29,533 nt of DNA from a virus (lineage: Duplodnaviria > Caudoviricetes), in the IMG/VR virus record IMGVR_UViG_3300032330_001915, positions 1-29,533 of that record, one strand, 5' to 3'. Positions 1-7,436 of the stretch are shown piece by piece. The notes beneath the pieces were generated by a model. The model had not been told where the DNA came from and made no database searches. It saw only the letters and a program-made list of their open reading frames with translations. The position numbers and the translations under genes are program-made. Position 1 is the stretch's first letter. Every line of letters begins with the position of its first letter.

Positions 1-61
1 AAATACACAACACCACAAACATACGTGATACCGAAATGCCAGATATACCAACAGCGGTAAG
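1..61. repeat. Terminal direct repeat identical to 29473-29533 (assembly overlap of a circular/circularly permuted genome)
   Basis: Bases 1-61 are identical to the last 61 bases; an ORF starting at 29427 continues in frame to a stop at 111-113. Confidence 0.95.
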
Positions 62-113
62 ACAAACTTTAATATGTAAAGATTGTGGTAAAATAAAACA
101 AATAAACCTTTAA
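1..113 (+). CDS. 3' part of junction-spanning 52-aa Cys/His protein (starts at 29427)
   Basis: Manual translation across the junction: MLRKLIEKWSCKHKWEIHNTTNIRDTEMPDIPTAVRQTLICKDCGKIKQINL; CxH...CxxC zinc-ribbon-like pattern. Confidence 0.8.
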   Translation, partial: IHNTTNIRDTEMPDIPTAVRQTLICKDCGKIKQINL

Positions 114-124
114 ATCAGAATAAT

Positions 125-205
125 ATGAGAAAATACATAGGGTATTATAATACCAACTTAATTATCAAAACACGGAATGTGAAACTTAAACAACAAGAAC
201 AATGA
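125..205 (+). CDS. 26-aa micro-ORF of the mini-gene array
   Basis: MRKYIGYYNTNLIIKTRNVKLKQQEQ; starts within linker 109-127, ends in linker 185-204 with ATGA overlap to the next gene. Confidence 0.5.
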   Translation: MRKYIGYYNTNLIIKTRNVKLKQQEQ

Positions 206-420
206 AAGAGAAAGAATTAACAGCAGTAGAATGGTTAGTGCATAAATTAGGTTTAGATTGCACAACTGACCACGAAGATGAAATTCATGAGGCTATTGAA
301 ATGGAGAAGGAGCAGATGTTAAATGCCTTTCAAGAAAGTAGACTAACGCATCCAATGATTGGATTTAAACACGAAACATTTGTGAAGTATTACAAACAAT
401 TTAAACAACAAGAACAATGA
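202..420 (+). CDS. TAVEWL-family small protein (72 aa)
   Basis: Has LTAVEWL, EAIEMEKEQMLNA and YYKQFKQQEQ blocks shared with 563, 28697 and 29180. Confidence 0.85.
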   Translation: MKEKELTAVEWLVHKLGLDCTTDHEDEIHEAIEMEKEQMLNAFQESRLTHPMIGFKHETFVKYYKQFKQQEQ

Positions 421-521
421 AGACAGCAGTAGAAATAATAGTTTACTTGATAGCTGGGTTAGCTATAAGTAGGTTTTTAGGAAAAATAATTATTCAAAAA
501 TTTAAACAACAAGAAAAATAG
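417..521 (+). CDS. 34-aa chimeric membrane micro-protein (MKTAVE head + hydrophobic helix + KFKQQEK tail)
   Basis: Manual translation MKTAVEIIVYLIAGLAISRFLGKIIIQKFKQQEK; ATGA-coupled to the upstream gene. Confidence 0.7.
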   Translation: MKTAVEIIVYLIAGLAISRFLGKIIIQKFKQQEK

Positions 522-562
522 GGGTGCGTCTATGTTACCGCACAATTTAAAATCTATATATT

Positions 563-991
563 ATGGAAAAACAATTAACAGCAGTAGAATGGTTGCAGGA
601 GCAATTTAAAGCAGGATTAAATTACAATATTGAGGAAGGCTATGAGAAGCGAAGAGATGAACTATTTGAACAAGCAAAAGAAATTGAACACGCTCAATTT
701 CAAATGTTAAAAACTCAAACGCATTCAGTAACAAAAAACGAAGCACTTGCAATTTTAGAAAAATTTAGTAAAGTTCAAGATGCTATTAATTTTTCAACTG
801 ACCAATCAATTATTGATAAGTGTAATAAACACAATGAAGAATTAGGAGAAGTAGGCAAAATATACTACGATTTATTAGCTATTGAATCAGCTAAAATTGC
901 AGTTGACTTGATTATTAATTGTGAATGTCTACATTATCCAGAGGACAGATTGTTTTGGAAGTCAGTTAAAAAAGAACTTGAATTAATGTAG
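563..991 (+). CDS. TAVEWL-family protein fused to a different C-terminal helical domain (142 aa)
   Basis: N-terminal LTAVEWL and EQAKEIE blocks, then an unrelated ~85-aa region (AKIAVDLII...FWKSVKKEL). Confidence 0.85.
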   Translation: MEKQLTAVEWLQEQFKAGLNYNIEEGYEKRRDELFEQAKEIEHAQFQMLKTQTHSVTKNEALAILEKFSKVQDAINFSTDQSIIDKCNKHNEELGEVGKIYYDLLAIESAKIAVDLIINCECLHYPEDRLFWKSVKKELELM

Positions 992-1000
992 TAATTAAAT

Positions 1001-1029
1001 AGGAGGGTGGTTAGTTCTGCCCTCCTTTT
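1001..1029 (+). terminator. Putative intrinsic terminator/attenuator near the end of the mini-gene array
   Basis: AGGAGGGTGG-TTAGTT-CTGCCCTCCT stem (two G-U pairs) followed by a short T run. Confidence 0.55.
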
Positions 1030-1041
1030 AAACCAAGAACA

Positions 1042-1200
1042 ATGAAAATAGAAATAACACACTATGGCGATAAAGCAAGTTTTGAATTTAACCACGAAGA
1101 TGTGGAGCTTGTAGATTTATTGTACCACATTGAAAAACTAATTCGATTGACTGGATATAATTTTGAAGGCAGATTAGAAATCGTAAACGAGGAGCAATGA
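1042..1200 (+). CDS. Hypothetical protein (52 aa)
   Basis: Manual translation MKIEITHYGDKASFEFNHEDVELVDLLYHIEKLIRLTGYNFEGRLEIVNEEQ; preceded by array-type linker, ATGA-coupled to the next ORF. Confidence 0.75.
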   Translation: MKIEITHYGDKASFEFNHEDVELVDLLYHIEKLIRLTGYNFEGRLEIVNEEQ

Positions 1201-1301
1201 AACCAGACCAGGAATACCTCGCAGCACTGTTCACCATGATACTCGTGACCGCTGTGGTCATCATATTGATTATTAAAACTATCTTTACAACATGGAACTG
1301 A
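1197..1301 (+). CDS. Single-TM micro-protein (34 aa)
   Basis: MKPDQEYLAALFTMILVTAVVIILIIKTIFTTWN; ATGA overlap with upstream stop. Confidence 0.6.
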   Translation: MKPDQEYLAALFTMILVTAVVIILIIKTIFTTWN

Positions 1302-1543
1302 TTCTATCATATCTCGCACTCGGTTGGTTCATCGCCAACTTCGAGCCTCTGCACTGGGTCATTGACCTACTATTCATCAAGGTCATCCCAAGCTCCAAGC
1401 TCGGTGATTACATTCACGCTGGCTTTGGTTGTTGGAAATGTACCTCATTTTGGACTGCTTTGGCACTTTCTGGCAATATATATACGGCAGCAATCACAGC
1501 GATGGTCGCCTATATAATAAGCGAATGGATAGAGAGCAAATAG
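1292..1543 (+). CDS. Small membrane protein with CxxC (DUF1360-like)
   Basis: Hydrophobic segments flanking GCWKCTSFW. Confidence 0.7.
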   Translation: MELILSYLALGWFIANFEPLHWVIDLLFIKVIPSSKLGDYIHAGFGCWKCTSFWTALALSGNIYTAAITAMVAYIISEWIESK

Positions 1544-1725
1544 ATTACATCACAGCAGTCAAAGCAATGGATGACGCAGAGCGATACAGCAAGAGAACGC
1601 TGAACGTGCTCAAGCGCATCAAGGTATCAGAGACCGGACAGCCTGATCGTGAATGTTTCTGCTCTCAGCTGAGGCGCAAAATATGGTACAAGGAATTCAT
1701 CAACTGGTATGAAGGCAATTCTTGA
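1525..1725 (+). CDS. Hypothetical protein with CxC motif (66 aa; start moved to MDREQ)
   Basis: ATG at 1525 gives a short overlap with the upstream gene; PDRECFCSQ motif. Confidence 0.7.
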   Translation: MDREQIDYITAVKAMDDAERYSKRTLNVLKRIKVSETGQPDRECFCSQLRRKIWYKEFINWYEGNS

Positions 1726-2242
1726 CCGCTACATATCTACTCACTACGAGGAGCTGCACAGATACACCAGGTACTTCTGCTCCAAATACAATCCACATCT
1801 AACAATCGATACGGTCATTTCCAACGCATACCTTCACTGCATCGAAATCAATGACAATACCGAGGATGTCGGCAAGGTCAAGAGCTATATCCTTAACTCA
1901 ATCAAGCGGCAAGTCATCTGGAAGAACGTCGACACCTACAAAGATGAGCGAATCCTGGCATCAGAAATCTCAGTTCCTGACACTTTCGATGATGGGGAAG
2001 ACCTCAGCTATAAAATCGCAATCGAACAGCAATACCAGGGATGGAAGTCATCGGTGGACATATACCGAGATGGACTGACGGACAACGTCAAGATAGCAGT
2101 GGCCAAGGCCTACTTCGATAAGGGCCTCACGACAGCACGATCAATGGCTGAGTACTTCAACATCCCTGTAACCTCAGCTCACTACCTAATCGCAGACATA
2201 AAAAATACACTAAAAACCATACACTATGAGAATAAAAGATGA
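1709..2242 (+). CDS. ECF-like RNA polymerase sigma factor (putative late-gene activator)
   Basis: 177 aa; region-2-like HYEELHRY...DTVISNAYL...KSYILNSIKR and region-4-like HTH YFDKGLTTARSMAEYFNIPVTSAHYLIADIK; lies just before the packaging genes. Confidence 0.7.
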   Translation: MKAILDRYISTHYEELHRYTRYFCSKYNPHLTIDTVISNAYLHCIEINDNTEDVGKVKSYILNSIKRQVIWKNVDTYKDERILASEISVPDTFDDGEDLSYKIAIEQQYQGWKSSVDIYRDGLTDNVKIAVAKAYFDKGLTTARSMAEYFNIPVTSAHYLIADIKNTLKTIHYENKR

Positions 2243-2513
2243 ATACAAGGGCAAGACTATCATCAAAAAGACCACGCTCGGAAACATGACGGTAGTTGTT
2301 GACAATATAGATGTCAGCAGATACCGTCACTATGTATCCATAGGATTCGGCTATCTGTTCGAACAGGAGAACGTCAGCACAACTGCACCAGAAGTCTGCA
2401 TCAGATATGAAGGCATCGAGGCAGATGAGCAGACGGAAGCTCAAGCAGCAGAACCAACACCAAAACGCAAAAGACAAACCAATGCCAAAGCAAAAACACA
2501 TCGAAACGCCTGA
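2226..2513 (+). CDS. Hypothetical protein with basic C-terminal tail
   Basis: 95-aa ORF overlapping both neighbours in operon fashion. Confidence 0.65.
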   Translation: MRIKDEYKGKTIIKKTTLGNMTVVVDNIDVSRYRHYVSIGFGYLFEQENVSTTAPEVCIRYEGIEADEQTEAQAAEPTPKRKRQTNAKAKTHRNA

Positions 2514-2904
2514 AGATATGTGGCAACTATTTGTCGAATATCGCACCTGGTGCAAAAACAATCCGAGATATCAATATCAGCTATCCAACAAGACTGGAGA
2601 GGCTGTGCCATTGCCACTCGAGAGACCACTCACCGTCGTGGGATTCAGAGCATTCGCTGCCGATAAGCACAAAAGCATTGAGGATTACTTCGCAAATACC
2701 GATGGGAGATATTCAGCGTATACCACAGTCTGCCGCACGATAGAGGCAAACATCAAGCAAGACCAAATCGAGGGAGGGATGGCTGGGCAGTACAACCCTT
2801 CCATCACTCAGCGACTGAATGGTCTGACTGAAAAGACTGACATCACTTCTGGAGGGCAGAGCATCTCTGAGGTGAAAGTCAACATAATTAGACCGACAGA
2901 GTAG
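2482..2904 (+). CDS. terS: Terminase small subunit (P22 gp3-like DNA-packaging protein)
   Basis: ETPEDMWQLFVEY, PLTVVGF and GQYNPSITQRLNGL motifs; directly upstream of TerL; start moved to MPKQK. Confidence 0.8.
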   Translation: MPKQKHIETPEDMWQLFVEYRTWCKNNPRYQYQLSNKTGEAVPLPLERPLTVVGFRAFAADKHKSIEDYFANTDGRYSAYTTVCRTIEANIKQDQIEGGMAGQYNPSITQRLNGLTEKTDITSGGQSISEVKVNIIRPTE

Positions 2905-2913
2905 TATTATTGC

Positions 2914-2921
2914 TATATTTG
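2914..2921 (+). promoter_or_regulatory. Bacteroidota sigma70 -7 element upstream of terL
   Basis: TATATTTG matches TAnnTTTG in the terS-terL gap; no clear -33 TTTG. Confidence 0.4.
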
Positions 2922-2981
2922 TCGGAAGTGTCTATATGAGAGAAATACTCGTATAGCATCCCTATTGCCTAAACTTGACCT

Positions 2982-4142
2982 ATGGCTGAAATCACAATCG
3001 ACAGCACTGTCATCTTCGAGAAGAACTACACCGCCCTGGAAGACAAGAGCATCCGCTTCATCATCAATGAGGGTGGCAGCCGCTCGAGCAAGACCTACTC
3101 GCTCTGCCAAATGATCGTGGTGTACTGCCTACAACATCCTGGCAAGGTGGTCAGTATCGTGCGCAAGACCTTCCCAGCTCTGAGGGCAACAGTCATGCGT
3201 GACTTCTTTGAAATCATGAAGACCATGGAAATCTATGACGTGCAGAGCCACAACAAGTCAGAGCACATCTACACCTTCGGCAACGGAAGCATCGTGGAGT
3301 TCTTCAGTGTAAATGACGAGCAGAAGATTCGAGGTCGTAAGCGTGACCTTGGGTGGTGCAATGAAGCCAATGAGCTGTGGTTCGAAGACTTCCAGCAGCT
3401 GAACATGAGAACCGAGCACAAGCTCATTTTCGACTACAACCCGAGTGAGTCATCATCTTGGCTCTATGACCTACCGATGGATGAGAGCATCATCATCAAG
3501 TCAACATACAAAGACAATCCATTCTTGCCCGACAGCATCAAGCGGCAGATTGAGGACCTAAAGCGCACCGATGAGTCGCTGTATCAAATCTATGCACTCG
3601 GCGAGAAGGCCATCAGCAAGAGCAACATCTACTCCAATTGGACATTCGTCAAGCATAGGCCAGCAAGATTTGTGAATTTTGTATACGGATGCGATTTCGG
3701 GTACAATCACCCAACAGCCCTGGTGCGAGTCTACTGGTGCGACAATGACATCTACATCGAGCCTGTCATCTATGAGAGCTACCTCACGACCACCAACCTC
3801 ATAGATCGTATGCAGCAAATGGATGTTGAAAAGAATGTCACCATCGTGGCTGACTATGCTCGACCCGAAATCATTGCCGAGATGAACAACGCTGGATACG
3901 ATGTGCAGAACGCTGATAAGTCAGTCAAGAAAGGCATCGACAACATCAAGACATTCGGAGTGTTCTGCGAGGATGACCCACGCATCAAGAAAGAATACGA
4001 GAACTACAAATGGAAAAAGATTGGTGACCTAATCGATGACACACCAGTGAAGCTCTTCGATGACGCCATGGATGCTGTGCGATATGCTGCCACCCACATC
4101 CGCCAGGAGTACTATACCGATGACAGTTACTTTGCGTTCTAA
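2982..4142 (+). CDS. terL: Terminase large subunit, PBSX/SPP1-like
   Basis: Walker A-like GGSRSSKT, Walker B WCNEANE, coupling motif DYNP, nuclease GCDFGY and DDAMDAVRY. Confidence 0.95.
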   Translation: MAEITIDSTVIFEKNYTALEDKSIRFIINEGGSRSSKTYSLCQMIVVYCLQHPGKVVSIVRKTFPALRATVMRDFFEIMKTMEIYDVQSHNKSEHIYTFGNGSIVEFFSVNDEQKIRGRKRDLGWCNEANELWFEDFQQLNMRTEHKLIFDYNPSESSSWLYDLPMDESIIIKSTYKDNPFLPDSIKRQIEDLKRTDESLYQIYALGEKAISKSNIYSNWTFVKHRPARFVNFVYGCDFGYNHPTALVRVYWCDNDIYIEPVIYESYLTTTNLIDRMQQMDVEKNVTIVADYARPEIIAEMNNAGYDVQNADKSVKKGIDNIKTFGVFCEDDPRIKKEYENYKWKKIGDLIDDTPVKLFDDAMDAVRYAATHIRQEYYTDDSYFAF

Positions 4143-4169
4143 ACATTTGGCTGATAATTTGCAATATAA
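4142..4169 (+). promoter_or_regulatory. Putative phage late promoter, copy 1
   Basis: AACA-N13-TTGCAATATAA, 9 nt before ATG 4179; identical 11-mer found at four structural-gene starts. Confidence 0.7.
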
Positions 4170-4178
4170 AGAAAAAAC

Positions 4179-4451
4179 ATGGGAACAAATCTAATGGGCG
4201 AACTTGTCGCCGACATGGGCACATACATTGCCAACAACACAACAGAAGTAACCAAGACTATTGAAGCCATCGTTGTGCTTCAGGACACTGTCTTCACATC
4301 CATCAAGGTAGCTGGCACAGACGTCAAGTCGACATACATCGCAGCGACAGGCACTGCCGTCAAAGCTGGTGCAATCATCACCCCGATCAACAATCTTCAA
4401 TTCAGTGGTGTGCAGTTGGCGAGTGGTTCTGTTGCATTAGTTCTTGGGTAA
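4179..4451 (+). CDS. Small beta-rich putative virion protein
   Basis: 90 aa, first gene after the late promoter, coupled to the fibre gene. Confidence 0.7.
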   Translation: MGTNLMGELVADMGTYIANNTTEVTKTIEAIVVLQDTVFTSIKVAGTDVKSTYIAATGTAVKAGAIITPINNLQFSGVQLASGSVALVLG

Positions 4452-5797
4452 TGTACTTCTATAGTTTATACAACGCTCAGTTCCGCATTCTAAATGGGAG
4501 TAGTGGAGGTGGTGCATCGCCTGTCAACACGGTTGCTCCTGTAATCAGCGGAAGCACTTCCCTTGGTAGTGTCTTGAGCTCTACGACGGGAACCTGGACA
4601 GGAGACACGCCGATAACATATGCTTATCAATGGCTACGAAATGGCTCACCAATCTCAGGCGCAACCTCATCGACATATACCATTGTTGTGGCAGATTCAG
4701 CTGCAAGCATCACTTGCGTTGTGACTGCGACCAACCTCTTTGGTTCTACTGCTGCGACATCCAACACAATCACAGTGCAAACATTCACAGCTCCTGTGAA
4801 CACCGTCGCCCCTGTGGTTAGTGGTTCGGGTGTAATTGGTCAAACGTTGACAACAACCAACGGCACATGGACTGCGAACCCTTCATCTATCACATACGCC
4901 TACCAATGGCAGCGTGACGGCTCACCGATTTCTGGTGCTACATCATCGACATACCTTCTCGTATATGCTGACAGGGGAGCGAATGTGCGTTGCGTTGTGA
5001 CGGCTACCAATGTAATCGGCTCGACTGATGCCAACTCAAATGCCATTGCAGTTGCTGCTTTCGACACTGACTACCAAGCAATTTTGGACAAGGCGTCATC
5101 CGTAGGTTTTGGCTACACCCTACCAAGCGACAGCGTAAAAGTTAAGCAGAACACATTGCTTACTTCGATGAAAACAATCGGTGTATGGGCAAAGCTGGAT
5201 GTATTCTATGTGTTCGCTCAAGATGGTGGCTCAGCATTCGGCACACTCAACTGGAAGAATCCTAATGCTAATCAATCAACGCTTGTAAACTCGCCTACGT
5301 TTGTAAGCAATGGCGGATTACAAGGCAACGGAACAAGTAGCTACATAGATACAAACTTTAACCCAGCAACACAAGGCGTTCAGTACACATTGAATAACGC
5401 TTCACGTTACTTTTTTACTCATGCTATTAGTGGTACGGGTAGATTTGATGGCAATACAAACGCAGGTATTAATTCAATAGTTAGAGGTTTAGCTACTGCT
5501 CAAAGAATAAATTCTGGAAGTGTTGGTACTTTGGCAACTTCTTTTGATTTTACTGCTACCGCAAATACAAAATCAATTCACAGAACATCATTAGTTGATG
5601 TGACCCTATACAACAGCACAACAGGCTCAAGTACAACGCAGACTTCAACATCGGTGCAAAGTGCAAACCAATTTGTATTGCGTTCTGGTACAACATATGC
5701 AGCCCACATCTGTGCAGCATATGCAATGGGAGCATCAATGATTGCTGAACATACAAATTTTATTAATACTTGGAACACTTATAAAAATAGCTTATGA
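4451..5797 (+). CDS. Tail fibre/decoration protein with two Ig-like repeats and a variable C-terminal domain
   Basis: Two ~91-aa repeats PVNTVAP...TYAYQW.R.GSPISGATSSTY...CVVTATN; S/T/G-rich C-terminal region. Confidence 0.75.
   Translation: MYFYSLYNAQFRILNGSSGGGASPVNTVAPVISGSTSLGSVLSSTTGTWTGDTPITYAYQWLRNGSPISGATSSTYTIVVADSAASITCVVTATNLFGSTAATSNTITVQTFTAPVNTVAPVVSGSGVIGQTLTTTNGTWTANPSSITYAYQWQRDGSPISGATSSTYLLVYADRGANVRCVVTATNVIGSTDANSNAIAVAAFDTDYQAILDKASSVGFGYTLPSDSVKVKQNTLLTSMKTIGVWAKLDVFYVFAQDGGSAFGTLNWKNPNANQSTLVNSPTFVSNGGLQGNGTSSYIDTNFNPATQGVQYTLNNASRYFFTHAISGTGRFDGNTNAGINSIVRGLATAQRINSGSVGTLATSFDFTATANTKSIHRTSLVDVTLYNSTTGSSTTQTSTSVQSANQFVLRSGTTYAAHICAAYAMGASMIAEHTNFINTWNTYKNSL
4520..5060 (+). 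repeat. Tandem 273-nt-period Ig-like domain duplication
   Basis: Repeat starts at 4520 and 4793; strong protein identity with diverged codons. Confidence 0.85.
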
Positions 5798-5991
5798 TAG
5801 TTCTACACCCAAACGAGGAGCAATATACAGCATTGAACGGCTATAAGAAAAACACAAGCGAGCTGCTATTCGTCAAGGATGGCAGTGACCGCTTCATCGT
5901 CGGCCTCGAGGTATTGAATGACCCTAACTTCAGCGAGATTCGTGAGCAGTTGCTTGAGCTTGAGCAAATCACCTACACACCGACAGAGTAA
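5794..5991 (+). CDS. Small protein, possible fibre-associated chaperone
   Basis: 65 aa, ATGA-coupled to the fibre gene; function inferred from position only. Confidence 0.65.
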   Translation: MIVLHPNEEQYTALNGYKKNTSELLFVKDGSDRFIVGLEVLNDPNFSEIREQLLELEQITYTPTE

Positions 5992-7436
5992 TGGCTCAGA
6001 CACTCATCGCATCACCTCAATCATTCACGGCAGCGTACAACCCTGTCAAGTTCATTGTTGACTCAACGAATAAGTCAAAGGATGGATTTCGCTATATCTT
6101 CGACATCTATGAAGCTGGCACCTCCAACAAGATAGCGCAGTACAAACCACTACCAACCTTCGGCACTGGCTATGGCGAACAGGACCTCTCAAAGCTACTG
6201 CAAAACAAAGTAAGCTGGGACCTCGACACGAGCAACACAGGGAGCTATTCCGCACCGAATTCATACTATTTGTACGACGTGAAGATAGGCGAGGAGTACA
6301 CCTTCTTTGATTTGTACACATCGAGCTTGACCAATGCGAGCGGCAATGTGAGGATAAACATGACCAACTCATTTGCACCAGGTGACCAGCTTATCATCAC
6401 GCAAGATGATGGTGGAGTTGCCAACCCACAGCTCGAAGGACTGCACACTGTAATCAGTTCGATATCGACATCATTCGTGGTCAACGTAAACTGGTCCACG
6501 ATCACCAACGCTGCCATCGATGGCTCGGTGAGCTATGCTGACAAGCGAAAAACTGACACTCCTGGAATCATCGAGATTGATTCATACAAGGTATTCAACG
6601 GAGCCTTCAGATCGGAGGAATGGACATCTTATGATGGCACCGACTTCTTGCCTGTGAATGTAACTAAAAGATGGTTGACAAACCAACCTACGTCATTTCA
6701 GTGCACACTCGGTCAAGACCTATGGCTGAACCTATGGAAGCCCAGTTTCACTGGCCGCATCTATTTTCAGAATAGCAACGGAGCATCATTCTACAAGATA
6801 GCAGCCACATCGCCTCAGATTATGCAAGCGGGTGTCGGTCCAAACAACTACGGCTCATTGACCGGTACAGGTGACCTCATCGAAAACACCGTTGAATGGT
6901 ACGACGTATGGTTCAACAATGATGCGACAGGCACATCTCAAGACACGCTCAAGTACCGCATCCATCTCGACAGGCGTGCATCCATCAGCGAGCATGAGCT
7001 GTTGTTCCTGGACCGCCTTGGCTCTTACTCATCATTCTCCTTCCAGCTGCGTGCATACCAGCGAGGAGACGTGACTCGTGATATGTACAACAGAGATGTG
7101 GTCGGCTACGTCAACGCATCAGACGAGTGGACATACACAACAGAGGACTTCGGCTTCAACACATTCAACATCAACGTCATCAAGCGCATGGAGCTCAACA
7201 CCAACTGGATGACCCAAGAGATGGCGACATACTTCGAGGAGCTCATCACATCGCCTCAGGTCTTCATCAAGTCGGTGAGCTACACTTGTGGTGATGACTT
7301 GGTGCCATCGAGCAGCACATACCAACCTGTCATCGTGGAGACCAACTCATACGAGATGCTCAACCAACGAAATAAGAATCTGATGCGCCAATCAATCACC
7401 GTGCGCTTCGCAAACCAGGACAACATAAATGGTTAG
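5991..7436 (+). CDS. Tail/baseplate structural protein
   Basis: 481 aa in the late operon; C-terminal FLDRLGSYSSFSF...LNTNWM...EELITSPQV region typical of Bacteroidota siphovirus tail proteins. Confidence 0.65.
   Translation: MAQTLIASPQSFTAAYNPVKFIVDSTNKSKDGFRYIFDIYEAGTSNKIAQYKPLPTFGTGYGEQDLSKLLQNKVSWDLDTSNTGSYSAPNSYYLYDVKIGEEYTFFDLYTSSLTNASGNVRINMTNSFAPGDQLIITQDDGGVANPQLEGLHTVISSISTSFVVNVNWSTITNAAIDGSVSYADKRKTDTPGIIEIDSYKVFNGAFRSEEWTSYDGTDFLPVNVTKRWLTNQPTSFQCTLGQDLWLNLWKPSFTGRIYFQNSNGASFYKIAATSPQIMQAGVGPNNYGSLTGTGDLIENTVEWYDVWFNNDATGTSQDTLKYRIHLDRRASISEHELLFLDRLGSYSSFSFQLRAYQRGDVTRDMYNRDVVGYVNASDEWTYTTEDFGFNTFNINVIKRMELNTNWMTQEMATYFEELITSPQVFIKSVSYTCGDDLVPSSSTYQPVIVETNSYEMLNQRNKNLMRQSITVRFANQDNING

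Noticed and set aside
1-61. Biological direct terminal repeat of the virion DNA
   Set aside because: It falls mid-ORF and its length fits an assembler overlap; the terminase type suggests headful packaging
1062-1319. 85-aa minus-strand ORF
   Set aside because: Overlaps three coupled plus-strand ORFs (1042, 1197, 1292) that fit the operon better
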